NCBI GenBank assembly: GCA_040260805.1
Contig: JBDQPD010000001.1
Span: 9,048-73,047 of the forward strand
From: Myxococcota bacterium
GTDB taxonomy: Bacteria; Myxococcota; UBA4151
Direction: 5' to 3'
Length of the DNA: 64,000 nt
This document shows, in pieces, positions 46,533-56,030 of the stretch. The notes below the pieces were generated by a model. That model was not told the origin of the DNA. It was given only the letters and a program-made list of their open reading frames with translations, and made no database searches. Within the stretch, counting starts at the first letter, position 1. The number at the start of each line of letters is the position of its first letter. The position numbers were made by a program, and so were the translations under genes.

Positions 46533-46961
46533 GTGTTTTTGGCAACGCTCTTACTGCTGGCAGCACCGACAAAAGCGGACAATGAGGTCCACTTTCAGGC
46601 GGATAATTGCAGCTATGGTCGAGCGATGTCTGAAGCCGTTTGTAGTGGTCGTGTGCAGGTTCGCCGCGGCGATGCTCGGCTACGTTGTCGCAGTTTGACG
46701 GTTCGATTCGGCGATGACGGCCGCATTGATCAGCTGGACTGCGTGGGCGCGGTCAAGTTTCGTCGGGGTGAGGTTGAAGAAGCCACCAGTGAGCGAGCGG
46801 CTTATACCCGTAACGACGCTAAAGTTGTTCTGCAGGGCGAAGCCAAGCTTCGGCGTGGGCGCGCCCGACTCGCTGGAGACCGTGTGATCTTCTTGCTCGA
46901 TCAAGATAAGGTACGTGTTGAAGGTCAAGCGCGTGGTCACTTCGATAACGAGGCGCGTTAG
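46533..46961 (+). CDS. lptA: LptA/OstA-family LPS transport protein
   Basis: Signal peptide; beta-jellyroll pattern; directly before lptB. Confidence 0.8.
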   Translation: MFLATLLLLAAPTKADNEVHFQADNCSYGRAMSEAVCSGRVQVRRGDARLRCRSLTVRFGDDGRIDQLDCVGAVKFRRGEVEEATSERAAYTRNDAKVVLQGEAKLRRGRARLAGDRVIFLLDQDKVRVEGQARGHFDNEAR

Positions 46962-47683
46962 TGGCTGCATTGCTTGAGGCGCGTGGCTTGGTTCGGCACT
47001 TTGGCGAGCGCCGAGTGGTTGATGAGGTCAGCTTGAGTTTGGACTCAGGTCAGGTTTTGGGTTTGCTGGGACCCAATGGCGCCGGAAAGACGACGACTTT
47101 TCGAATGATCGCCGGGTTGCTCAAGCCCGACCGCGGGAGCGTTTTCATCGATGGAGAGGATGTCACTAAGCTTCCTTTGTATCGACGCGCCGGGCGGGGT
47201 CTGGGTTATCTCGCTCAGCGCGGCGGATTGTTTCCAGGGTTGGATGTGCGCGCTAATTTGATGGTAGCCGGCGAGATCGCAGGCTTAGCTCCGCCGGACG
47301 CCCGCGCTCGAGCGGACGAGCTGATCGAGCGTCTAAGCCTTGGTCATGTCTCTGATGGTCGAGAGCAGACGCTCAGTGGCGGTGAGCGGCGTCGCGCAGA
47401 GATCGCTCGAGCGTTGATGGTTCGCCCGCGGATGCTCTTGTTTGATGAGCCCTTCGCTGGCGTTGACCCCATGGCGGTGAGTTCGCTTCAGGATGAGATG
47501 CGTGCGCTGGCGGATACTGGCTTATCGATTTTGATTACGGATCACGCTGTGGCCGCTACTTTTTCTATTTGTGATCAAGTCGCTGTGCTGAACGAGGGGC
47601 GAGTGTTGGTGTCGGGTCCACCGGCTAAAGTTGAAGCTGACCCACGGGTTCGAGCGACTTACTTGGGGCCGCCAAGCGCTTAG
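46961..47683 (+). CDS. lptB: LPS export ABC ATPase
   Basis: GPNGAGKTT, LSGGERRRAEIAR, DEPFAGVDP, ITDH. Confidence 0.95.
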   Translation: MAALLEARGLVRHFGERRVVDEVSLSLDSGQVLGLLGPNGAGKTTTFRMIAGLLKPDRGSVFIDGEDVTKLPLYRRAGRGLGYLAQRGGLFPGLDVRANLMVAGEIAGLAPPDARARADELIERLSLGHVSDGREQTLSGGERRRAEIARALMVRPRMLLFDEPFAGVDPMAVSSLQDEMRALADTGLSILITDHAVAATFSICDQVAVLNEGRVLVSGPPAKVEADPRVRATYLGPPSA

Positions 47684-47711
47684 GCAGAACGCCTCGTTCA
47701 GCGGCGGCCCC

Positions 47712-47740
47712 TTGCGTCGCAGCGCCGACCGCACCACACT
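47712..47740 (+). promoter_or_regulatory. Possible sigma-70 promoter for rpoN
   Basis: TTGCGT-N17-CACACT, then SD AGGAG and a TTG start. Confidence 0.35.
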
Positions 47741-47757
47741 CCGTCTAGGAGTACCGG

Positions 47758-49239
47758 TTGTTCCCGTCCCTACAACACAATTTAAAGATCACCACGCAGC
47801 TGCGCATGACGCCGCAACTGCAGCAGGCGGTTAAGCTGCTGCAGTACAACCGTGCTGAGCTGGTTGAGTTCATCAATTCGGAAATGCTTGAAAATCCGAC
47901 GTTAGAGGAAAAGCCACCAGAAGACCGATCCACCGAGACCAGTGACGGACAGACCTTCAGCCAAAGCGCTGAAGCGGAGCAAGCGCATTCGGCGACAGCG
48001 CAAAGCGCCGAGCACGCGAGCGACAGTGAGGCCGTTCACAACACTCAAATCGACTGGAACCGAGTCGATATGAACGACACGATCCACCGGTTCCAAGGCG
48101 TTCGGCCTGCCGACGACTTGCCTGGTTACGATCAAACGCTGACGCGCTCAGAGACATTGACCGAGCACCTGATCTGGCAGCTGCGCATGCTCCGCCTTGA
48201 GCGACCCGTCCTCGAAGTCGCCGTCGAGTTGGTCCACAACCTCGATGAGAAAGGCTGGTTTTCTGAGGGCTTAGATGGCTGGAAGGCCTATGTGAGCAAT
48301 TCGGACCACCCGGCAAAAACGCTTGAGCGTGCTCGTCAAGAGCTTCTAGAGCTCGACCCGATTGGTGTGGGCGCTTTGGATTTGAAAGAGTGCCTTCTCG
48401 TTCAACTCCGGGCGCTGAACTTAGACAATAGCCACGCTTATTTGTTGGTTGATCAGCATCTTGAATCACTCGGCAGCCGCGATCTTCGTCAGGTCTCCAA
48501 ACAGGTCGGAATCACCGTCGAAGAACTCGAAGAAGCGAAAGTGGCAATTGGCTGTTTAGAGCCCCGCCCAGGGCGAGCGTTCATGAGCGATGATCTAGAG
48601 CGCAACCCTTTCGTGACGCCCGATGTGCGTATCTACAAAGAGGCTGATGAGTGGGTTGTCTACCTCAATGAGGACGGCATGCCGCGCCTAAGGGTGTCTC
48701 GATTTTATCAAAAAGCGTATGAACGAGGGGGACTGACCAAAGAAGAGCGGGCTTATGTGATCGAGCGCTTACGTCGCGCCGAGTGGGTCACTAAATGTAT
48801 CTTCCAGCGCCAAACAACGATCCGACGAGTCTGTGAAAGCATTCTTAGATTCCAACATGAATTTTTTGAGCGCGGACCCAAACATCTCAAACCCTTGGTC
48901 TTGCGCGATGTCGCTGAAGACATCGGCGCCCATGAGTCGACGGTTTCTCGAGTGACGTCGAATAAGTACGCCGAAACGCCCCAAGGCTTGCTGCCGCTCA
49001 AGTATTTCTTCTCAGCTCGTCTTGCCAGCAGTTCAGGTGCCGGTGATGTTAGCGCAGAGGCTGTAAGGCAGCGTATCGCTGGAATGATTAAGACTGAAGA
49101 AGCGTCCAAACCCTTTAGTGACGCTCAAATTGTGAGGCTGCTCAAAGCAGAGGGCATTGAAATCGCCCGACGCACGGTGGCTAAATACCGTGAACAGTTG
49201 TTGATCCCCGCTGCGGGGAAAAGGCGGGTGAGACGCTGA
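47758..49239 (+). CDS. rpoN: RNA polymerase sigma-54
   Basis: MTPQLQQAVKLLQ, HESTVSR, RpoN box ARRTVAKYRE. Confidence 0.97.
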   Translation: MFPSLQHNLKITTQLRMTPQLQQAVKLLQYNRAELVEFINSEMLENPTLEEKPPEDRSTETSDGQTFSQSAEAEQAHSATAQSAEHASDSEAVHNTQIDWNRVDMNDTIHRFQGVRPADDLPGYDQTLTRSETLTEHLIWQLRMLRLERPVLEVAVELVHNLDEKGWFSEGLDGWKAYVSNSDHPAKTLERARQELLELDPIGVGALDLKECLLVQLRALNLDNSHAYLLVDQHLESLGSRDLRQVSKQVGITVEELEEAKVAIGCLEPRPGRAFMSDDLERNPFVTPDVRIYKEADEWVVYLNEDGMPRLRVSRFYQKAYERGGLTKEERAYVIERLRRAEWVTKCIFQRQTTIRRVCESILRFQHEFFERGPKHLKPLVLRDVAEDIGAHESTVSRVTSNKYAETPQGLLPLKYFFSARLASSSGAGDVSAEAVRQRIAGMIKTEEASKPFSDAQIVRLLKAEGIEIARRTVAKYREQLLIPAAGKRRVRR

Positions 49240-49261
49240 GCACAATGAAAAGGAGAGGTAG

Positions 49262-49822
49262 ATGGAAGTAGCGGTGACCTTTAGGCATATGGAACCCACG
49301 GATGCGCTCAAGCAATACGTGGACGAGAAGGTAAGCAAGATTGCTCGACACTTTGTCAAAGAAAGCGATGCACGAGTCGTCTTGAGCGTAGAGCGCCATC
49401 ATCACCATGCGGACATTCGATTAAAGTCGGGTGGAGTGGCGATGCGTGGCCATGAAACCTCGACGGATATGTACAACTCGATCGATCGCGCGGTGTCTAA
49501 GATTGAGCGCCAGCTCAGCCGCTACCAGGGTAAGCTCAGACGCTTTAATCAGCCAAAGCCTGTAGCAACCGTTCAGCTCCATACGCTCGAACTTGAAGAG
49601 GAAACCACCCAGGCACCCGAGCCTGCCACTAAGTTGGTTCGCTCTCGCAGCTTTGATGCGCACCCGCTGAGTATCGATGAGGCGATGATGCAGATCGATC
49701 TCTTGGACAACGCATTTCTCGTGTTCGTGAACGCAGAAACTTCGCACATCAACGTCCTGTATCGTCTCGAGTCTGACGAGGGCTTTGGCTTAGTGGATAC
49801 CGGGAGCGCGATCGGAAGCTAG
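49262..49822 (+). CDS. hpf: Ribosome hibernation promoting factor, long form
   Basis: TFRHMEPTDAL, DMYNSID..KIERQL, C-terminal EAMMQ..F.VF.N..INVLY. Confidence 0.93.
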   Translation: MEVAVTFRHMEPTDALKQYVDEKVSKIARHFVKESDARVVLSVERHHHHADIRLKSGGVAMRGHETSTDMYNSIDRAVSKIERQLSRYQGKLRRFNQPKPVATVQLHTLELEEETTQAPEPATKLVRSRSFDAHPLSIDEAMMQIDLLDNAFLVFVNAETSHINVLYRLESDEGFGLVDTGSAIGS

Positions 49823-49845
49823 GTGCGATTGATCGTTAGGGCGGT

Positions 49846-50301
49846 GTGAAGACTGTGAAAAATCGCTCCGGCCTTGTTCTTCAGGCGATAGACCTCAACG
49901 TGGCTGCGACGAGCCATGTAGAGGTCCTTCGGCGTTTGGGGGCGATGGCAGCAGAATGTTCTCCGAGTTTGGAGCCGGGGGTCGTCACTGCATCGTTGCT
50001 GGCTCGTGAGCGCCTCGGGAGCACGATGTTGATTCCTGGCGTAGCGCTTCCGCACGCCCGGCTTGCCGAGCTAGATACCGCGGTGGTCTGTGCTGCGCGT
50101 CTGACCGATGACGTGACTGTAGATGATGGCCGGTTGAGCCTAGCGATCTGTATTTTGGTACCCGAAGACGATCGAGAGCTTCACCTTGACTTGTTGGGGC
50201 ATTGGGCTTCTTTACTGCGCAAGCGGGATCGTGTGAGTGGTCTGCTCAGCGCGTCCAATAACGAGCGCTTTCTAGCGCTTGCGGAAGAGGTTTCATGCTG
50301 A
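49846..50301 (+). CDS. ptsN: PTS EIIA (Ntr/Fru type)
   Basis: RERLGST..GVALPHAR with the phospho-His; rpoN operon context. Confidence 0.85.
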   Translation: MKTVKNRSGLVLQAIDLNVAATSHVEVLRRLGAMAAECSPSLEPGVVTASLLARERLGSTMLIPGVALPHARLAELDTAVVCAARLTDDVTVDDGRLSLAICILVPEDDRELHLDLLGHWASLLRKRDRVSGLLSASNNERFLALAEEVSC

Positions 50302-51260
50302 CCTTGACGGTCGAAGAACTACTGGATCGCCGAGGCACCTTTCTAGACCTTCGTTTACTGGCTGGGCGCTCTGGACTCGAGCGTCAGATCACCGCGCCGC
50401 GCGTCCAAAAGCAGGGGTTGGTGCTGGTCGGTGTGGTCAACGCTTTGCGCGCCGGTCGAATTCAGGTGCTCGGTCAAACCGAACTCGATTTTATGGCGGA
50501 CATGTCATCCGACGCCCTTGAGATAGCGTGCGAGGCGCTCGCGTCGAGCCAGGCTGCTGCTTTGTTGATCACTAACGGCTTTCCCTGCCCCGCCCCGCTG
50601 ATGAAGCGCTGTGAGGCGCACAGCATGACCGTCTTGGGTTCTAGGCAGCCCTCCAGTGATGCGATCTATGCGATCCAAGAGCGGATGGCGGAAGCGCTCG
50701 CTCCGAGAACCAGCATTCATGGGGTGCTCATTGATATCTTAGGTCAGGGCGTTTTGCTTTTGGGCAAGTCGGGCATCGGCAAGTCAGAATGTGCCCTGAG
50801 CCTTTTGGCGCGCGGGCATCGCCTCATCGCCGACGATGTCGTTGAGATTATCCAAGAGGGAACCTCGTTGGTGGGTCGAGGCGTCGAAATGATGCGCCAC
50901 CTCTTAGAGATTCGTGGGTTGGGTATCGTCGATGTGAAGGAGCTTTATGGAGTCGGCGCCGTTCGCAACTTAAAAAGAGTGGACATGGTCGTTGAGTTGG
51001 CGGCGTGGCGCGAGGGGATGCAGGTCGATCGGTTAGGGCTTGATGAACAGTATTACACCCTACTTAAGATTGAGCTTCCCTATGTCGTCATTCCGGTTCG
51101 TCCGGGGCGTGACCTTGCGACGATGATTGAGGTTGCGGCTCGAAACCAGTTGCTACGAGCAGGACAAATTAACAGCTCTCAAGATTTCTCGCGACGATTG
51201 AGCCGACAAGTGGAGCGCAACTTTTTGAGCGCTCAAGCGAGCAAAGAAGGCGGCGAGTAA
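50295..51260 (+). CDS. hprK: HPr kinase/phosphorylase
   Basis: GKSGIGKSE, HRLIADD, LEIRGLGI, PVRPGR. Confidence 0.96.
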   Translation: MLTLTVEELLDRRGTFLDLRLLAGRSGLERQITAPRVQKQGLVLVGVVNALRAGRIQVLGQTELDFMADMSSDALEIACEALASSQAAALLITNGFPCPAPLMKRCEAHSMTVLGSRQPSSDAIYAIQERMAEALAPRTSIHGVLIDILGQGVLLLGKSGIGKSECALSLLARGHRLIADDVVEIIQEGTSLVGRGVEMMRHLLEIRGLGIVDVKELYGVGAVRNLKRVDMVVELAAWREGMQVDRLGLDEQYYTLLKIELPYVVIPVRPGRDLATMIEVAARNQLLRAGQINSSQDFSRRLSRQVERNFLSAQASKEGGE

Positions 51261-52105
51261 TGAACCGAGTCATTGTGCTGGCGGGCCTCTCGGGCTCAGG
51301 TAAATCAACCGCTTTGAACGTGCTCGAGGACCTAGGCTATGCGGTGGTCCAGAATTTACCTGCGGAATTGGGCGAAGCCTGGCTTGAATGGGCTCGGCGC
51401 GAATTTCCTGATCGATCCTTAGCGATTGGACTGCATTTACCGAGCACGCCGCAAGCCTTTCCCTCGTGGGTTCGAGAGCATCGCGCTTTGGCGGTCTGTC
51501 TTGAGGCGAACGACCAGGTGCTTGTTCGGCGGTTTTCAGAGACGAGACGTCGCCACCCTTGGTCCACCAATTGGGAGACCTTGGTGGAAACGCTAGCGCA
51601 CGAGCGGTCGTGCCTGGAGCCTTACCGCGAGCACTGCGATCATCATGTCGACACAACGTCGATGCGCGCCTCGGAGCTGCGCGAATTTTTTCTTGAGACC
51701 TTTGCGGTCGGCGAACACCGAGTTCAACTTAACGTCGTGACCTTTGGCTTTAAGCGTGGGGTTCCTCCTTATGTTGATCTGTGTGTCGATGTTCGATTTT
51801 TGCCGAACCCTTATTGGGATCTAGCGCTTCGTCCGTTGACCGGTCACGACCAAGCCGTAGCCGATACGGTGTTAGCGAACCCACAAGCCAAGCGATGGCT
51901 TGGAGAGCAGATTGACTCGGTTCACTGGCAATACGAGGCGTTTGTGAAGGCAGGAAAGAGCTACCTCACGATCGGGGTAGGTTGCACCGGAGGGCGCCAT
52001 CGTTCGGTGGCGATGGCCTTGGCTTTGGCGGATGGTTTGCGTCAGCGTGGCTTGGCTGTGAACCTGCGTCATCGAGAAACCCCAGCACCGCAAACCTCTG
52101 ACTAA
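51260..52105 (+). CDS. rapZ: RNase adapter / P-loop protein
   Basis: GLSGSGKS, RFSETRRRHP, FGFKRG, DVRFLPNP, GCTGGRHRSV. Confidence 0.93.
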   Translation: MNRVIVLAGLSGSGKSTALNVLEDLGYAVVQNLPAELGEAWLEWARREFPDRSLAIGLHLPSTPQAFPSWVREHRALAVCLEANDQVLVRRFSETRRRHPWSTNWETLVETLAHERSCLEPYREHCDHHVDTTSMRASELREFFLETFAVGEHRVQLNVVTFGFKRGVPPYVDLCVDVRFLPNPYWDLALRPLTGHDQAVADTVLANPQAKRWLGEQIDSVHWQYEAFVKAGKSYLTIGVGCTGGRHRSVAMALALADGLRQRGLAVNLRHRETPAPQTSD

Positions 52106-52189
52106 CCGGTGACAATAAAACCGAAAAATAGCCTATTTCAAGCGCTGTAAGCCTATGGTAGGCGCCCGCTGTTCGAGGGGATGGTGCGC

Positions 52190-52627
52190 ATGATTGGTGT
52201 GGTTTTAGTGACACATGGCTCGGTCGGTAAGTCGCTGCTTGAAGCGGCCGCCTGGATTGCTGGGAGTGCGCTAGAGCATGTCGTTAATGTGCCGATGAAT
52301 CCCGACCATTCACCGGACGACCAAGCCAAAAGAATTTCGGATGCGGTCGCTGGTTTTGAAGACGGCGCTGTGATTCTTACCGATCTTTTTGGTGGAACGC
52401 CTCAGAACTTGGCGCTGACCTTGCTCGACGAGGGCAGGGTGGACGTGGTCAGCGGTGTTAATCTTCCGATGTTGCTCGGAATAACGGCAGCCCGGGCTCA
52501 AAGTCATGACGTTCACGAGCTTGCTGTGATGCTTCATCGTCGAGGTCAAAATGCGATGGTCGTAGCCGGTGATACCTTACGTCGTCACGCTGAGGCGTCA
52601 CGCGAGCTTCCGGCGGTCTCCTCATGA
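52190..52627 (+). CDS. PTS EIIA, mannose type (stand-alone)
   Basis: VTHG, LTDLFGGTP, GVNLPML. Confidence 0.9.
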   Translation: MIGVVLVTHGSVGKSLLEAAAWIAGSALEHVVNVPMNPDHSPDDQAKRISDAVAGFEDGAVILTDLFGGTPQNLALTLLDEGRVDVVSGVNLPMLLGITAARAQSHDVHELAVMLHRRGQNAMVVAGDTLRRHAEASRELPAVSS

Positions 52628-52893
52628 AAAGAGCAAGCTTTACTCTTCAGAACAGGCTCGGTCTGCATGCTCGAGCGGCGGCCCGCTTAGCGGCGGTCCT
52701 GAATGAAGCCGCCGGCGACGTCTGGGTGGAATACTCTGGCCGGCGCGTGAACGGAAAGTCGATCTTAGGCCTTTTGATGCTCGCAGCGCCCATGGGCACG
52801 GAGTTCCATGTGGAGCTTGAAGATGCAGACGCCGAGGTGGTCTTAGAGGCTGTTTCGGTGTTGATTGATAATCGATTCGGTGAGGCCGAGTGA
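52624..52893 (+). CDS. ptsH: Phosphocarrier HPr/NPr
   Basis: GLHARAA (His15) and NGKSILGL (Ser46). Confidence 0.93.
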   Translation: MKRASFTLQNRLGLHARAAARLAAVLNEAAGDVWVEYSGRRVNGKSILGLLMLAAPMGTEFHVELEDADAEVVLEAVSVLIDNRFGEAE

Positions 52894-54629
52894 TCAACTC
52901 GGGTCGACGCACCCTTCAGGGCTGCTCGGTTGGACGAGGATGGGTTCAAGGTCGAATCCGCTGTTTAGATGATCTCAACGATGGAATCACTCTAAAGCAT
53001 CTGGCATCGCATCAGATCGATGGCGAGATCCAAGCTTTCGATGGCGCTGTAGCCGCCGTGGTGGAGCGTATGCGGCTGGTTTTAGCCAAGCTGCAGGCGA
53101 GCAATAGCTTTATCGCCGAGGGTGGTGATGTGCTCAGCGCCCACGTCAGCATCGCTGAAGACCCTGATCTTCGCGAGCGTGTGGTTCGTGTGTTGCGATC
53201 AAGTCAGATCAACGCGGCTTGGGGTTTGGAGCGTGTTCTTGAGGAGGTTCAGGTCGAGTTTGGAGCCTTAGATGACCCTTACATCGCCGCCCGGATGCTG
53301 GACATTCGGCAAGTTTTCCATCGCTTGCAGCGCGAGCTTGCAGGGGGGCAAACGTCAGAATCTACAGTCCCCGAGCTCAGAGATGGCGAGATTTTACTTG
53401 CGCGTGATCTGGAGCCGGTTTTGGCGCTGGGGATCCTTGAACAAAAGCCCGTCGCGGTGATCACCGAAGAGGGATCAGCGACGTCGCACTTAGCCTTGCT
53501 TTGCCGAGCCATGCGCGTTCCCGCGATGGTTGGTGTCAAGAGCGCCACCGAGTCGTTGGTCGCTGGTGATCAGGTTCTACTCGACCTGGAAGAGGGATTT
53601 TTGGTCCGTGATCCGGACCGCCGAGATATAGCGCTCGCGCAGGTTCATCTGGTTGAGAGCGAATTGCATCTGGCTGACCCTGAGCTTCCGGCGGTGACCC
53701 GAGACGGCGCTCAAATCACCTTACTTGCAAACATCGACACCGTCTCGGCGCTGTCAGATGCGGTCAGTGAAGGAGCTCAGGGTATAGGCCTGTTTCGTAG
53801 TGAATACCTCTACCTCCGCAGCGCAGACGGTGACTCTGAGATGCAGGTCCAAACCTATCAGCGCATCTTGGATGAGATACCGGGCACGGTGACCATCAGA
53901 ACCTTTGATATTGGTTCGGATAAGCTCCCGCTTGGAAGCAGTTGGGAGCCGAACCCTGCCTTAGGTTTGCGCGCCCTGCGGAGTTATCAACTCGACCCCA
54001 AGGTCTTTCGCGTTCAGCTCCGCAATTTGATGCACGTTGCGAGCGCTGATGCTCGATTGAGAATCTTATTACCTATGGTCGATGGGCTAGCGTCTTGGCG
54101 CTGGGCCGCCGAAGAGGTTGAGCAAGTTGCCCTCGCTGAAGGCAAGCAACGAGGGACAGACTTCTTGCTGGGTGCGATGATCGAATTGCCGAGCGCGGTT
54201 TTTGTCGCTGACGAGCTGGCGAGTTGCTCAGATTTCTTTAGCTTGGGGACTAACGATTTAGTCCAATATCTCTTGGCTGTTGATCGCCAAAACCCGGGAC
54301 TTGCTCGCCACGCACGGGTCACCCATCCCGCAGTTTTAAGAGCCCTCAAGCAGGTTATTGATGCGGGAACCCGACATCAGATCCCGATGAGTTGTTGCGG
54401 TGAAATGGCAGCATCACCCATTGGCATCATGATCCTCGTTGGAATGGGGCTTCGAGAATTGTCCGTACCACCACTTGATCTGGGGATGGCGCGCACCTTT
54501 TTGAGGCGCAGCGAGGTCAGCGTCTTTAAGGGTTTGGTGCAGCGAGCGCTCACGATGACCTGCGATCAAGAGATCAGCGAGCTATTTACTGAGCATTATC
54601 AAGACTGGAAACTCGACCAGAGCCGCTAA
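52890..54629 (+). CDS. ptsI: PEP-protein phosphotransferase (Enzyme I), no GAF domain
   Basis: TSH, GIGLFRSE, EPNPALGLR, SLGTNDLVQY, CGE. Confidence 0.94.
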   Translation: MINSGRRTLQGCSVGRGWVQGRIRCLDDLNDGITLKHLASHQIDGEIQAFDGAVAAVVERMRLVLAKLQASNSFIAEGGDVLSAHVSIAEDPDLRERVVRVLRSSQINAAWGLERVLEEVQVEFGALDDPYIAARMLDIRQVFHRLQRELAGGQTSESTVPELRDGEILLARDLEPVLALGILEQKPVAVITEEGSATSHLALLCRAMRVPAMVGVKSATESLVAGDQVLLDLEEGFLVRDPDRRDIALAQVHLVESELHLADPELPAVTRDGAQITLLANIDTVSALSDAVSEGAQGIGLFRSEYLYLRSADGDSEMQVQTYQRILDEIPGTVTIRTFDIGSDKLPLGSSWEPNPALGLRALRSYQLDPKVFRVQLRNLMHVASADARLRILLPMVDGLASWRWAAEEVEQVALAEGKQRGTDFLLGAMIELPSAVFVADELASCSDFFSLGTNDLVQYLLAVDRQNPGLARHARVTHPAVLRALKQVIDAGTRHQIPMSCCGEMAASPIGIMILVGMGLRELSVPPLDLGMARTFLRRSEVSVFKGLVQRALTMTCDQEISELFTEHYQDWKLDQSR

Positions 54630-55009
54630 AATCCGCCTTGTTCGGTTTCGAAACCGAGCTCGATTTCTGGTGCGTCTGCCCACAGCGACTCAAGATCATA
54701 GTACATGCGTGCTGGGCGATAAAATACGTGCACGACGACGTCGCCATGATCCATCAGCACCCAGTTTCCGCTCTCGCTACCCTCTTGGCCGATCATCGCT
54801 AGACCAAGCTCACTGGCTTTGCCGCTGACTCGGTCAGCGATGGCTCGAACCTGTCGATCCGAAGCACCCGAAACGAAGAGCATCGCATCGGTGTAAGCGC
54901 AGCGACCGCGCAGGTCGAGCAGTCGTATGTTCTCACCTTTGATGTCGTCTGCGGCGCGCGCTAGAGCCTGGCCTAGCGTCACCAATTCGTCTGCAGTTGA
55001 ATCGCTCAA
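54626..55009 (-). CDS. rsfS: Ribosome silencing factor
   Basis: KGENI..LDL, S.RQVRAIA, WVLMD.GDVVVHVF..R.YYDLE.LW. Confidence 0.95.
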   Translation of the reverse strand: MSDSTADELVTLGQALARAADDIKGENIRLLDLRGRCAYTDAMLFVSGASDRQVRAIADRVSGKASELGLAMIGQEGSESGNWVLMDHGDVVVHVFYRPARMYYDLESLWADAPEIELGFETEQGGF

Positions 55010-55061
55010 TCGTCTACCTCACTCGGGCGCCTACTGCCGGCCAGAGATGCTGCTGTCTACT

Positions 55062-56030
55062 TTAGTTTGCTTGGGCTTCGCCGGCATCAGGTCGTTGCAG
55101 AACTTTGATGCCCTTTTCTTTTAAGAAGTTGGTCCCCGGGCGATCGCGTCGTTTGCGCCGTAGCGTGTTGAGAAACTCTTCAGGGGCGTTGATTTCAGGC
55201 GCTTTACCCAAACTTGAAAGCTCGGTCAGCAGACTGATTTGTAGCTCGCCCTTGCCGGTCTTGAGCTGTCGAAACGCCTTCGCCTTCATCTGGATACGAA
55301 AGGGGACCCCTGTTTTTGAGTCGACGCACAAAGAGCCTTCAAGCTCTTCGATGCTCAGCCCTGCGCGCCAGCTCTTCAAGTCTTTGAGGATGCCCGTCAG
55401 CGAGCTGTTATCAAAAGCAGCAGGCGCAGCGGCTTTACGCAGCTCGTAGCAGTGACATTTTCGTCCAGCGATCTGTTGATCCTTAGGCGGCTTCAAGGCG
55501 ATTAATCGACCCAGTAAATCCCAGCCCGTTACCCCAAGCGCGAACGCTTCGTCGGCGTGATGAAGGCGCTTTGAATCCAGATCTTTGGACGCGATATAGT
55601 TTCCGTTTTGATATTTTCGAAACATTCGTCCGTTCGAGTACACGACACGCTGGAAGAAGCCACCGTCATTACTCACCGAGACATCAAGTGAGTCGGTACC
55701 TTGCTGGAATTGAATTTCTGCCTCTTCGTCGAGACCGAGCTTGGATCCCTCAGCCTTACCGTAGCTCAGTTCAGCGCGGCCTTGCCAAACATGGTGCGTC
55801 GCCAGCCTTAGCTTGAGCTCGCGCCATGGCATTCGCCACACTCGATCCAATTGCTTGCGGTCCGTATGCAGTTGATCGGCAAGGAGTGTTTGCGATGCGG
55901 CGATTTTGGTCGGACTCGCTTCCACGCGCGCACCGACGCGCGCCTTGGCTTGGGCTTTGGCGCTGCTTCGTTCGCTGTCACAAGAACAGCCTGAGCCGCA
56001 AAGACTCGCGACCAGGGCAATTCTAATCAC
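55062..56030 (-). CDS. Hypothetical lipoprotein (beta-rich, possibly LolA/LppX-like)
   Basis: GTG start overlapping the upstream stop; lipobox-like GSGC; L.VD..TG.P motif. Confidence 0.6.
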   Translation of the reverse strand: MIRIALVASLCGSGCSCDSERSSAKAQAKARVGARVEASPTKIAASQTLLADQLHTDRKQLDRVWRMPWRELKLRLATHHVWQGRAELSYGKAEGSKLGLDEEAEIQFQQGTDSLDVSVSNDGGFFQRVVYSNGRMFRKYQNGNYIASKDLDSKRLHHADEAFALGVTGWDLLGRLIALKPPKDQQIAGRKCHCYELRKAAAPAAFDNSSLTGILKDLKSWRAGLSIEELEGSLCVDSKTGVPFRIQMKAKAFRQLKTGKGELQISLLTELSSLGKAPEINAPEEFLNTLRRKRRDRPGTNFLKEKGIKVLQRPDAGEAQAN

